DNA of 63,720 bases, counting the filler, from Octopus bimaculoides (Eukaryota), in assembly GCF_001194135.2 (NCBI RefSeq). It is 6 parts of 4 records of this genome, joined end to end, with 100 filler letters (N's around TTAATTAATTAA, not from the genome) between each part and the next. Parts side by side here need not be neighbours in the genome. Positions count along the whole stretch, not along the records: positions 1 to 8,750 come from NC_068989.1; positions 8,851 to 16,458 come from NC_068990.1; 4 more parts are not named here. The stretch is one strand, 5' to 3'. Positions 1-10,293 of this stretch are shown one piece after another. Every line of letters starts with the position of its first letter. Positions within the stretch are counted from its first letter, which is position 1. The notes beneath the pieces were generated by a model. That model saw only the letters and a list, made by a program, of their open reading frames with translations. It ran no database searches and was not told where the DNA came from. The position numbers and the translations under genes were made by a program.

Positions 1-110
1 GCTCGAAAGGACAAAAGACATTGGTGAGATCTGAATTCAAAATGTAAAGACTCAATATACTATTAAGCATTTTCCCAATGCACTACTGATTCTGCAAATC
101 CACAGCTCTC
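1..110 (+). mobile_element. Degenerate SINE tail fragment
   Basis: Similar to 51960-52080 and 56250-56330 in this window (GAAAGGA..., GAA(C/T)TCA, TAAGCATTT, GATTCTGC blocks); ends in (AAT)n. Confidence 0.5.
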
Positions 111-126
111 AATAATAATGATGATG

Positions 127-194
<68 letters not shown>

Positions 195-510
195 TGAGGA
201 ATATCAAGTTCTAGCTAGAGAAGAGGAAGACAAATATTATTCCACCCAAAATGCTACGTAAATCACTGAAAGAATCTGGTATTGAAATTCGCATTGTCAA
301 ATCAGATTCAAGTCAAATTTATTGGCAGAAGAGCACAATGTGCTTAAGCCATGTAAGAAAAAAAAGAAAGAAAATCTTGTCAACCTGCAGAAAAATGCCA
401 TCCTATATTCTGCAAGAATCCTAAGAAAGATTCTTGAGATTCGAGGAGACTTGATGTCACCACCAAACACTGAGATAAAATACCTGCTCATTAAATTAGC
501 ATGCACTTGC
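195..510 (+). mobile_element. Dong/R4-clade LINE 3' fragments (restriction-like endonuclease C-terminus)
   Basis: Translates to IIPPKMLRKSLKESGIEIRIV and NLQKNAILYSARILRKILE, the terminal LQKxALLxxARILRxVL motif of R4/Dong; followed by (ATG)n(ATA)n. Confidence 0.7.
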
Positions 511-555
511 GTAATGATGATGATGATGATGATGATGATGATAATGATGATAATC

Positions 556-609
<54 letters not shown>

Positions 610-687
610 GAACTTCTAACTTGTCTCATGAGGTCTCTAGGTGAGACTTGGAGTCAACTTGTACAAATCCAATGCAAAAGCCAAACA

Positions 688-688
<1 letters not shown>
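610..688 (+). mobile_element. About 80 bp 5'-truncated Dong/R4 3' UTR inside (AAT)n
   Basis: GAACTTCTAACTTGTCTC..GAGGTCTCT..GTGAGACTTGG..TCAA.TTGTACAAAT matches the reverse complement of the 3' UTR of the Dong copy at 62330-62410. Confidence 0.8.
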
Positions 689-749
<61 letters not shown>

Positions 750-1049
750 TGATGATGATGATGATGATGATGATAATTCTTTCTTTATTGGCCATAAGGG
801 CCGAACACAAAAAAACATATAGGGACATTACTAAACAAGAGATAAGTGGGTTTTAAAACAGAAATTATGTAAACTATATAAAACAAAAACAGTTAACAAA
901 AGATTCTAACAACAAAATTCTCCAATAGAGGAGAGTTTCGCCCTGGGTCAACACGGGCGCCCTACACATCCTGGTCACCCCAACAACCAAGGGCACGCCA
1001 AATAGGCACCCCTCTTCCCTCAACAGCTCCGGCTTATGGGCGAATATTC

Positions 1050-3760
1050 AGAGTAGGTCCATTTGCACGAGCCATTTTCGCAACGTTCACCCACCTTTCA
1101 ACAAAATTACTGGGGAAGGTGGGAAGTACTTCCCTCTCCTCCCTCTCTTTCCTTCTCAAGTTCCACTTGAAAAAGTCGATGAGGGATTAATCAAAGAGGA
1201 TTCTGTGTGTCTTCAGTAATTCAGCCTCGTCCACTACATTACCTCTTTCGCTATAACCACGAAACAGAGGAAAACTGTCTTTCCCTCCCGAATCCGTTGT
1301 ACACGCGAGAGCAGCTGTTTGATATAGCTCCACCAGTCAGTAATGCACGCACACGAGACGAGGCCATTCAGGACAGTTTCACTACTCTGCGCACACCTCG
1401 GACCGATCCGTCTGACAGTACTTCTGTGTCCGTAGAGGTTGTCTCGAACCGGCAGAGCCTCCCGGTAGCTCTGTCAGGCCAGGGATTTCTGGAAGTTATC
1501 CATAGGCCACAGCCCGAAAGTCCACCGGAAAAGACTAGTTCATTGGTCTCTCCCGAAGCCCAGAGACTCCCCGAGTACGTCGTCGCTCTTGCCTGCCACT
1601 AATCCCCAATAGAATTCCATAGTAGAACGTCCACCGACCGCGTTGTCCAACTGACAGAAAGCTGCAAGCGCTTGCCGACATTTAAGGTGCCAAGCGCATT
1701 TTTTATATCTACGCTCGACCCAGAACTGCAGCTCCAGCAATGAGACAATGAAACGAGCTGCAGAAAATCCCGTTTGACAAACATCGACCACACCTGCACA
1801 CCGTTAACAAAAGCACTGGAGATCTCACAGCTTCAGTTCATGCCTGAGCATCACTGACTACGGCATGCCCAGTCCTCCACTTAGCTGCTGTTAACAGCAG
1901 ATGGATCGTCTGACAAGCGGAACACGTTCCTTTCATAGAAAGCTGAAGAGCAAGCTCTTCAGTTTTATCAGGTAAGTGGAGCAAGTGGGGCAAGATGACT
2001 GAAACGATGTACGCCTGGCCCTTCAGAGACAGATTCTTGACTGCTCGTTTCTGTGTGAGATTGGCCACCCTATTCGTCACCTCCTCTCTCAGTTCTTATC
2101 CACCTGGAGGTCTGGACCAAACCAGACCACGAGCAATTTCACCGGTCCTTCCGTCAAGCGCCTTACAACGCAGTCTGTTGGCATGAACTTTCCTCTCCAG
2201 GTACCAAGACCACCGAATTTTCCTGATTAATCTTTGCTCCTGTCACTGCTTCGTACTCCCTTAAGGCAATGCCAACAACCTCAATTTCCGAGATATCCGA
2301 TACTATTACGGTGACATCGTCCGCATAAGCCGACACGAAACTATTGCATCCTAGATCATACGGGATGCCCCTCGAAACATCCAGCTTCCGCAGCAATGGC
2401 TCGAGAGCCAGTATGTAAAGAAGAGGCGAGAGTGGGCATCTTTAACGGACCGAACGAGCCATGCTAAACGATTCCGATAGGTGGCCATTCACTCTGATCA
2501 CCGAGCAGAATTCGCTGTACACTGTAGCGATCCAACGGGACCGAAACCATCTTCCCTATCAAAAGCTTTCGATTGACCCAAATTGATCACAACCCCATCC
2601 ATACCAGGCTCCCTACTCACCCTCTTTATGATGTAGCGCGTGAGGTAAAGGTTGTAATGGATAGTTCTGTTTGGGATAACGCATGTCTGCGCGTCACCTT
2701 CCTGTCTCAGTACGCGCGCTATAACTCTGATAACCCAACCTTCGTGCTTGGCATTGAAGAACTGATCAATAGCCAATCTCGCTGCCAGCATGTCGGTCGC
2801 TATGCCTTTCCTAAGCGCCTCTTCTAGCTTCTTAACTAGGTCTCCCTCTATCCTAGATTCCTCTAACGCTATTTCCTGAATAAAACTTAGCGCATCTACT
2901 CTAATAGCCCTTTTCAGGGCTATCCAGCATTGGTTGTTGACGATTGCGCCCGCCAACTTCCTATGGACTAACTTGTTAACTTGGCCTCTCAAAACTTGAC
3001 GCGTCGGGAAGGGTGTGTTCAGCTTCCAGTATCCAGAGCTATGGATCCTATTTATGTCGACCGTACAGATCACAAATTTATGGTCTGTGTAGCTGACGAC
3101 TTTGAACTATGGACAACTTATACTACTTCTATTTACAAGCCTACTAAATACTCAATCGAGATACGATCTGGAAGACCCAATGCGGTTTGCCCATGTCCAC
3201 ATTTACGCATTCGGGAAATCCACTCGGTACCTGTCAGCCAACGAGAAGCGACTGAGCAGGTTTGTGAGGCTTTTACTCCCCCTTCTCCTACTAGCTAGCG
3301 CTACCTTATCCAGGCGTGTGTCCAAGATGGCGTTTCAATCGCCTACTAACATTAAAGAGCATGACGTCTCAAGGGAAACCTCCAAACGTCTGAAGAAATC
3401 TGGTTATTCCTCTCCCGTAGGGATGTAAACAGCGACTTGTCTAAAGGTATCTCCTTCGCTGTTGCTCACATCTAGGATCACCAACTTACCCTCCGAGTCC
3501 AGGAAAATTGTCTGAACCTCGAGATTCAGGCTTTTCCTAAACAGCACTGCCACCCGGCCTCCTATTCTGGACCGACTAAGAGATGCGTAGATCTCATAAT
3601 CATCGAAAATGAGTGCCAGATCGCGTGTGTCGGAAATCTTGGTCTCACTGGCTGCTATCAAATCCAGCCCTAGCGACCTGAGGTCATTGAGCAAGTGACC
3701 TTCCTTCCAGGGTGATCTTAGGCCGCGAACATTTATGCAGCTCACTCTGATAATCGTCAT
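1050..3760 (-). pseudogene. Tx1-like ORF2 (APE endonuclease + reverse transcriptase), disrupted and internally deleted
   Basis: MTIIRVSCINVRGL..SETK..GGRVAVLF (APE); RCPLSPLLYILALEPL; FVSAYADDVTVIV..EYEAVTGAKIN (RT); C-terminal ..ERWVNVAKMARAN. At about 2.7 kb it is shorter than a typical ORF2, with a deletion junction near 2655. Confidence 0.9.
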
Positions 3761-3869
3761 GATGGCTCGAAAGGGTTCAAGAAAAGAAAAAGAATGGGGT
3801 TACTTGCTCCCCTGAAGCTGTTGGCTGCCCGTTGACCCGGGCTCCTGATCCGATCGTGGTTCCTCTGTG

Positions 3870-5708
3870 AAGTTGCTTAATAGCCTCTTCGTGGGACAGA
3901 CGCTTGGTCTTCCAGCATGTGCAGGAAATCCCTTTGAATGCCTTTGTACACTTTGAGGGGTAACCGAGTTAGCATTATGTCATCGGGAACCCTAAGGGTG
4001 CTGGTGTCATAAATTGCACCGTTTCTCTCAATCTCCTTGTTTCTGACTATGAGAGCCACCAAAATTTTGTTGGCTGTCCTCACTAGCACGTAATTAGGCG
4101 TTTCTGCATTTGTGAGTATGAGCTTTCTTTTTGGGGCTACGTATGATTGTGACTCCATTGATGGATTTGGTTGGGGTGCTGGTGATTGTGGGGGTGTTGA
4201 TGCTGGTGTTGTTTTTGCTGTGTCTATGTTCGATGTGCTAGTGGCTGCTGTGTTTTTTTTCGGTTGTTGGTGTACGTTCATTTGTTTTCTTTTTCCTTTG
4301 TCTTTTTCGCTTTTTTTCTTCTTTTTTTTTGTAAGGTTCGTCCTCGTTTTCACCACGGGATGAGGAGGGACTCGTGTCTGTAGGATCTATCTCGGGAAGT
4401 GTAAGTGTATTTGTGTTAGTGTGGACGTGTCTGTGTAAGTGTATGCTTGAAAGAGATGGTGAGGGGGCTGGTTTGATAGACACCCTGGGTGGTTTTCTCC
4501 ATTGTATGGGGTTCACGCGCCTCTGTTGCTGCTGTTGCTTTTATTGAGGATGCGATGTAGGCAGCAGGTGCGGCTGCATACCTCCCAACTTTTGGGGACA
4601 GATGCCTCTGAGGTGGCTTGTGACCCCACATTTATCGCATCTGGGTTTCCCGCCTTTCACAACGACACGCAGTTCCATCCCGTTGGGCAGCTGGATCAGG
4701 TCCGGGATCTTTTCGATATTTCATGGTTTTACATGGATAAATATTTCCATGTTTATCCCAAACGAATTCTCTCTGCTACTCTTTTTTACCTTTTTTAGTG
4801 ACTTTCGGTCCTGCACCACACAGGCGACAATCCACCAGACGTTTATGTCCAGCGGCACGCCTGCTATCTTTGAGAGGTTGGTGGGATAATGGACCCACTC
4901 CTCAGTCATCCGGTGTGACACTGCGTGTCTTCGCGCGAGGTCCTTGCTTGTAAAGAGGACCTCGATGTTGACAAACTGCCTCACTCACTGTATATGGACC
5001 ACGTCTATTAAAATTTCTTTTAGTGCCTTCTCAATGTGACTTTTGCGTGATACGCATCTAAAATAGACCGTCTTCTTTTCTTTTGTCTTTATCATTTCGG
5101 GAGGTACGAGCGCAGCTGCCTTACTCACCTCGAGTTTAATAATGCTGTTTGCTTCTGAAAGTTCTCGTGTTTTCTCATCGAGTACGATTGAAAATATTTC
5201 TCTCTTGTTCTTACGACGTCGGCAAACCTTTTGTTTTAGTTGTTGTTATTATCGTTTTTGTTGTTGTTGTCATTATTGTTGTTGTTGTTGGTGGTGGTGG
5301 TGGAATTATGACCACTTCCATTGTTGCTACTCTCACCACTACTATTACCGCCACTTCGAAACTGCAGTCTCTGCTACTACTATCACTGCTACCACTGCTG
5401 CTATTATTGCTGTTGCTCGTATTGTTGCCGCTAATACTACTTCTACTGCTGCTGCTGCTGTTGTCACTTCTGCCACTGCTGCTGCTGTCACTGCTACCAC
5501 TACTGTTGTCGATGCTGCCAATGTAGCTACTGCTTTCCCCTTCACTGTTGCTGTTGCGAGGTGGACTTTGTGGTTTTCCCCTCTGCGCTTTCGCTTCCCC
5601 TTCTCCAGAATTGTTGTCAGTAGTAAAGAAAAGAGGAGGAAAGTCTTCAGCTGTAAGAAGGCTGGGAAGGGCAACTAATTTTCCATTCAAAAGTTTTAAA
5701 GTAGACAC
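3870..5708 (-). pseudogene. Tx1-like ORF1 (gag-like), disrupted
   Basis: KPRCDKCGVTSHLRGICP (CX2CX4HX4C at 4598-4639); low-complexity N-terminus; basic and Pro/Thr-rich C-terminal part; stops and frameshifts. Confidence 0.75.
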
Positions 5709-5947
5709 GGCCTTTATAAAATTATTGTTATTAAACGGCTCTCAGATGATTTTCTGAAGGGCCGAAATTTGCCACTTGCGTGGCCAAACAACCTCAGGAA
5801 ACCCAGCACCGGGTTCCAGCAGTTTTCAGTAACACTGTGGGATTAAAATTTTAAGCACAAACAGCACCAAACGGCTGTAAACAACAAATATAATGAAGGC
5901 TTACTTCGAGCGTTCGAAAACTGGTCCGACGTACTCCGCAGCAAATA

Positions 5948-5997
<50 letters not shown>

Positions 5998-6019
5998 ATA
6001 ATAATAATAATAATAATAA

Positions 6020-6410
6020 TGGCTTCTCTTCTTAACTGACTGGAAGTGTTATCCTGTACGTGTTTTGTCTTAGTGCAAAAGATGGGCTACAACAAATATT
6101 TTGCTCAATACCACGGATCTGCTTCTCAGTTGTTTGTGGGAGAGCATCGTAGCCATGTGTAAAGAGGAATTGTTTAGGGCTCGAATAATTCACCTCTGGA
6201 AACATGGGTGTTTCGTTCAACATCCTTAAAACAACCCTTATTCAAGGACATTTTGAGTAGGATGGGCTACTCAACCCGAAGAATATTCTAATTGGGCCCC
6301 ACCTGCAAGATCATGCGCTCTTTATCTCCATATGAAATCACCATGTCACACACATATGGTCGTGATGCATGTGCCTGGTGTACCGTTATCAGACGTGTAG
6401 TCATGATGGG
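6020..6410 (+). mobile_element. 3' end of a dispersed retroelement-type repeat flanked by (AAT)n; family unresolved
   Basis: 6330-6405 is homologous to the reverse complement of 31150-31230 (CCATGTCACACACATA..GTGATGCATGTG..GTACC.TTA.CAGA.G.GTAG.CATGAT). Confidence 0.6.
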
Positions 6411-6424
6411 TATACTGAGCTTCG

Positions 6425-6486
<62 letters not shown>

Positions 6487-6496
6487 TAACAATTAT

Positions 6497-6815
6497 GATT
6501 TCCTTTATTGGCTAGAAGGGCCCAAGACATGCAAGACAATATCGAAGAATGGTTTACAGTACACAAAACAAAACAAGAACAAAAACAAAAACAAAAACAA
6601 GTGGGGTTTACAACGATCAAAGGAAGATAAATACACATTAAAGGATATAACAGAGGATATATAATAGAAATTAGGAAGATAAATAAATAAATGAATAAAA
6701 TTCCCACTAGCAGAGCAGTCCACTAAGGGTAATCCGGGGTAAATCGCATGCAAAAATCCCGGCTTGCTCTACCATCCTGAAGGCATTGGTAAGTGCTCTC
6801 TTCCAGTTTCTTTCC
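6497..6815 (-). mobile_element. 5'-truncated Tx1-like 3' end
   Basis: The terminus CTTTATTGGC...AAGGGCC (6503-6522) matches the 3' terminus of the large element (783-802); AATAAA followed by (ATT)n. Confidence 0.6.
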
Positions 6816-6819
6816 GCCT

Positions 6820-7180
6820 GCTTAAAAAAGCATACTCAAGATTATAGATATTGCAATACCTAGGGATGCACGCATAAGTGACAAAGGACTAGAAAAGACC
6901 GAAAAGTACAGACTGCTAAAAGACGACACAGCAAGAATGTGGACTATGTTGATGAATCACTAAGGGGTGATTGGCTGCTCGTAGGCCCAAAATACTGCTC
7001 TGCTGGGGACAGTTAGGATCTTGAGATTGGTACTAGGATGCTGAATGCCTCCCACGATAATTAACAACCAAGTATCAAAGCTTATAATGTGAGGAAAGTG
7101 ACCCTGTGAGACCCTGTCTGCTTTCACAGAATCTACCAGAGCAAACAAGACCGAGCGCTCTGAGAAGTAAAACAACACAA
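6820..7180 (+). mobile_element. 5'-truncated Dong/R4 LINE 3' end
   Basis: KIIDIAIPRDARISDKGLEKTEKYRLLKDDTARMW (endonuclease D..P.D / K..KY motif) and QNTALLGTVRILRLVLG*; trinucleotide-repeat tail. Confidence 0.85.
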
Positions 7181-7203
7181 ACACCACTACCACCACCACC
7201 ACC

Positions 7204-7235
<32 letters not shown>

Positions 7236-7277
7236 CAACAGCAACAACAACAACAACAACAGCAACAACAACAACAA

Positions 7278-7312
<35 letters not shown>

Positions 7313-7340
7313 TCAACAATAATATTAATAATAATAATAA

Positions 7341-8265
7341 CACCGGGAAACATATTTTATTGAATATCTGACATTTGATTCTAAGTAATTTGGGTGCGCT
7401 GAAAACGAATGTTAACTCGGTTTGGTTCTATCAGGTTCTGATTCTTGTCAACGGCCTACTTACCATTTTCCAGATTTTTCAAATTAGTACTAAAATGTTG
7501 TCATGTGTTCAAATTTATTTTCAAGTTTCATAAATACAAGCAGTTCAAATTTCTGTAATATTACATTATAACGATAGAAATTACTTAAAGTTGAAAAAAA
7601 AAAAAAATAAAGAGATATGAAGCTTTCACGCAGACAAAAAGTTTTCTTTTCTAAGATTTTTTAGCGTATTTGCTTATCGAACACAGGTCTCTTTTCGAGT
7701 ACCAACTGTAATCAGCCAACATGTGGGAATCCCTGCGTTTTTGGTACCGTTCTTCCATAATTTTGATATCTTGGTGGAATCTTTTCTCTTGTTCGTCTCT
7801 TAAAGTACCTATATTATTTGGAAATTGGTCAAGATGGCTATTCAAAAAATGCAATCTTACGCTCATGTAGCAAACTAGCTCCTTGTCCCTTAAAGCTATT
7901 TTACGATTTCTTCATAGTTATCTGCCTTATAATTGTCTAAGGTTTCTGTCAAGTCCACGAATGGTAACCAGGCATGATTGTTTACTTTTGGCGTTCATTC
8001 ATGACATTAGGAAAATCGCAGTCTTTAATTAATTTTCTTATTTGTGGACCACCGACAATTCCCGCCTTGATTTTTTCATAACTTAAACTTGGAAGCTTCA
8101 GGTACAGCATGCCTTTTCCAAATTTCTGGCAAAGTGAATTGCGTAATGGTGCTGTTTTACTCAGACGGTGCTCAACTGACCCTACTATACTGTATAGTCG
8201 ACAAAATAAAAAACAATGCGCATGCGCGAAATTAAAAATATAAAACGGCGACAATTTACCCATCA
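7341..8265 (-). mobile_element. DNA transposon remnant, probably Chapaev-3 (CMC) type
   Basis: LPSLSYEKIKAGIVGGPQIRKL, AWLPFVDLTE..NYKADNYEEIV, MSVRLHFLNSHLDQFP..DEQEKRFHQDIKIMEERYQ..MLADYSW; CACCGGGAAAC terminus at 7341. The transposase call is strong; the superfamily is assigned from memory of motifs. Confidence 0.7.
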
Positions 8266-8272
8266 CCCCCTG

Positions 8273-8306
<34 letters not shown>

Positions 8307-8850
8307 TGTATCGAAGTAATCCCATGCAGTAAGCTACCGGTTTTATGCCACGTTACACCTAACTGAATAATAAAGCAAAAGTGGCAATTGGTCTCGTGGT
8401 TAGTAGTTTTTTTTACCTCACCTGATTAGGAAATCATAATTGCTCTTATGACACATTTAAGTTAAATTCAGTTGAACAAGTTTTCTCTATCATTCTATTA
8501 CATTTACCTTCGTTATTTCTATTCAAAGCGAGGCAAGCCTACGTGTACATGTACACTTGACGTTTGAATGCAGAGAAAAATGTGTCAGGTTATTTTCGGT
8601 CGGCCAGGTATCTGTTTCTCGTCGTTTGAAAAAGAGCTCACAAAAGCGATAAGTAGCTTGCTTTTACTAATGTTTTCAAAATTTGTCATCCAAAATGAGG
8701 ACATGATACCGCAAAAATTCGTACTTACTGCATGCAAATTACCTAGAACTNNNNNNNNNNNNNNNNNNNNNNNNNNNNNNNNNNNNNNNNNNNNTTAATT
8801 AATTAANNNNNNNNNNNNNNNNNNNNNNNNNNNNNNNNNNNNNNNNNNNN

Positions 8851-9290
8851 GAATACTGTCTTTACTTCGAGATCCAGACTCTTGCGAAAGAGTACGGCCG
8901 TGCCACTACCGCCCATTCTCGGCAGACAGGGAGAAAAATAAATGTTAAACTGTCTGCCAAACATGGACGATAGGGCCCGCGGATCATGGAGTCTGGTCTC
9001 GCTTATGGCTATGATTTCTAGTTTATGTGACTTTATGTCATTTAGGAGGTACCCTTGTTTCCAAGGGGACCCCAAGCCACGCGCATTTACACAACCAATC
9101 TTGAGCATCATTTTGATTTGAGTGTTAAAGTTTTATAAAGAGAGTCACTTACCGTTTGAGAGTTTTTGTGTCTCCTCCTTCGGGTTTTCTTCGAGGAGAT
9201 CACTATATAGTTTTTTCGCCAGGTATTTTGGAAAACAAACGATAATGCGAAAGAGACGAGCAAGCAGGTAGAAGGGATAGGATAGAATAG
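8851..9290 (-). mobile_element. Second, diverged Tx1-like element: ORF1 end and ORF2 APE start, cut by a gap
   Basis: [48 protein letters not shown] aligns by eye with 3404-3760. Confidence 0.85.
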
Positions 9291-9294
9291 AATA

Positions 9295-9385
9295 GACAGA
9301 CAGACAGACAGACGGACAGACAGACAGACAGACACACAGACACACAGACACACAGACACACAGACACACAGACACACAGACAGAC

Positions 9386-9450
<65 letters not shown>

Positions 9451-9540
9451 CTGACAGGTAGACAGGAAGATAAACAGGTAAGATAGATTGATAGATAGAT
9501 AGATAAAGAGAGAGAAAGCGAGAGAGAGAGAGAGAGATTT
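9295..9540. repeat. Compound microsatellite (GACA)n/(GACACACA)n/(GATA)n/(GA)n
   Basis: Read directly from the sequence. Confidence 0.95.
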
Positions 9541-10041
9541 TAGAGCGGTGAATAACCGATAAGCACATCAGAAAATAGACACCGATGGATGAAAGGTGGG
9601 GATGAGGCGGTGGAGGGGAGGAGAGGAATCAACGCTCCTTCTGCCAAACAATCATATATTAATGACAAGAAATAAATTATAGGCCTGCCAGAGCCATGAT
9701 GGATGATGTCTGTGTGAAAAGAATTACACACGAGTTGGTGTAGTAGTTGTATAGGTTTATAGTTTTGGATGTGTGGGTTAATGAGGGAGAGGAGAACACA
9801 AGGGGGGGAGGAGATAGAAGTAGGTAAGTGTTGTTGTTCTTGTGGTGGTGGTGGTGGTGGTGGTCGTCGTCGTCGTCATCGTTGCTGTTATTTAATTTTG
9901 GTAATAGTTGATGAAGTAGTAATTATAGGTCTAACATGCTAGTTATGTATCTGTGAATTTAAGCTATACTCTGTGTGTGTGTGTGTGTGTGTGCCTGAAT
10001 ACACACATACATATGCGCACACATACATATATACTTATATG

Positions 10042-10082
<41 letters not shown>

Positions 10083-10241
10083 ACGTGTGTGTGTGTGTGT
10101 GCGTACGTGTGTATATGCGTACGTGTGTGTATGTGTATGTGTGTGTGTATGTGTGTATGAGTAAAAAAATGAAAGAATATGGCCTTCCCCACATTTAATT
10201 GGAGTTGCATGTATTTCATAAATAACACGTTGACTCAACTC

Positions 10242-10293
10242 AACATTACTTAACGTTTCGTGGGCGTTGAACCCGTCCACCTCATCAGATGTT
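10242..10293 (-). ncRNA. Minimal type I hammerhead ribozyme motif (PLE-type)
   Basis: Reverse complement: AACAU CUGAUGA G GUGGACG-GGUUCAA-CGCCCAC GAAAC GUUAA GUA AUGUU. Intact core apart from one extra G before stem II, stem II with one mismatch, 2-bp stem III, GUA cleavage triplet, 5-bp stem I. Confidence 0.7.

Larger units (their letters stand above)
775..5947 (-). mobile_element. Near full-length, decayed Tx1/L1-clade non-LTR retrotransposon
   Basis: CpG-rich 5' UTR (about 5710-5947), ORF1 with CCHC knuckle, ORF2 with APE, RT (YADD) and C-terminal region, then 3' UTR with AATAAA at 784-789 and an (ATC)n(ATT)n tail. Microsatellites flank both ends. Confidence 0.9.

Noticed and set aside
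297-856. Poly-I/N/M/S/E/K and (HT)n or (CV)n ORFs throughout the window
   Set aside because: They are translations of microsatellites.
8795-8806. TTAATTAATTAA between N runs (also at about 16503, 38444, 42757 and 56616)
   Set aside because: An identical 12-mer with stops in all six frames, always inside Ns: an artificial contig linker.
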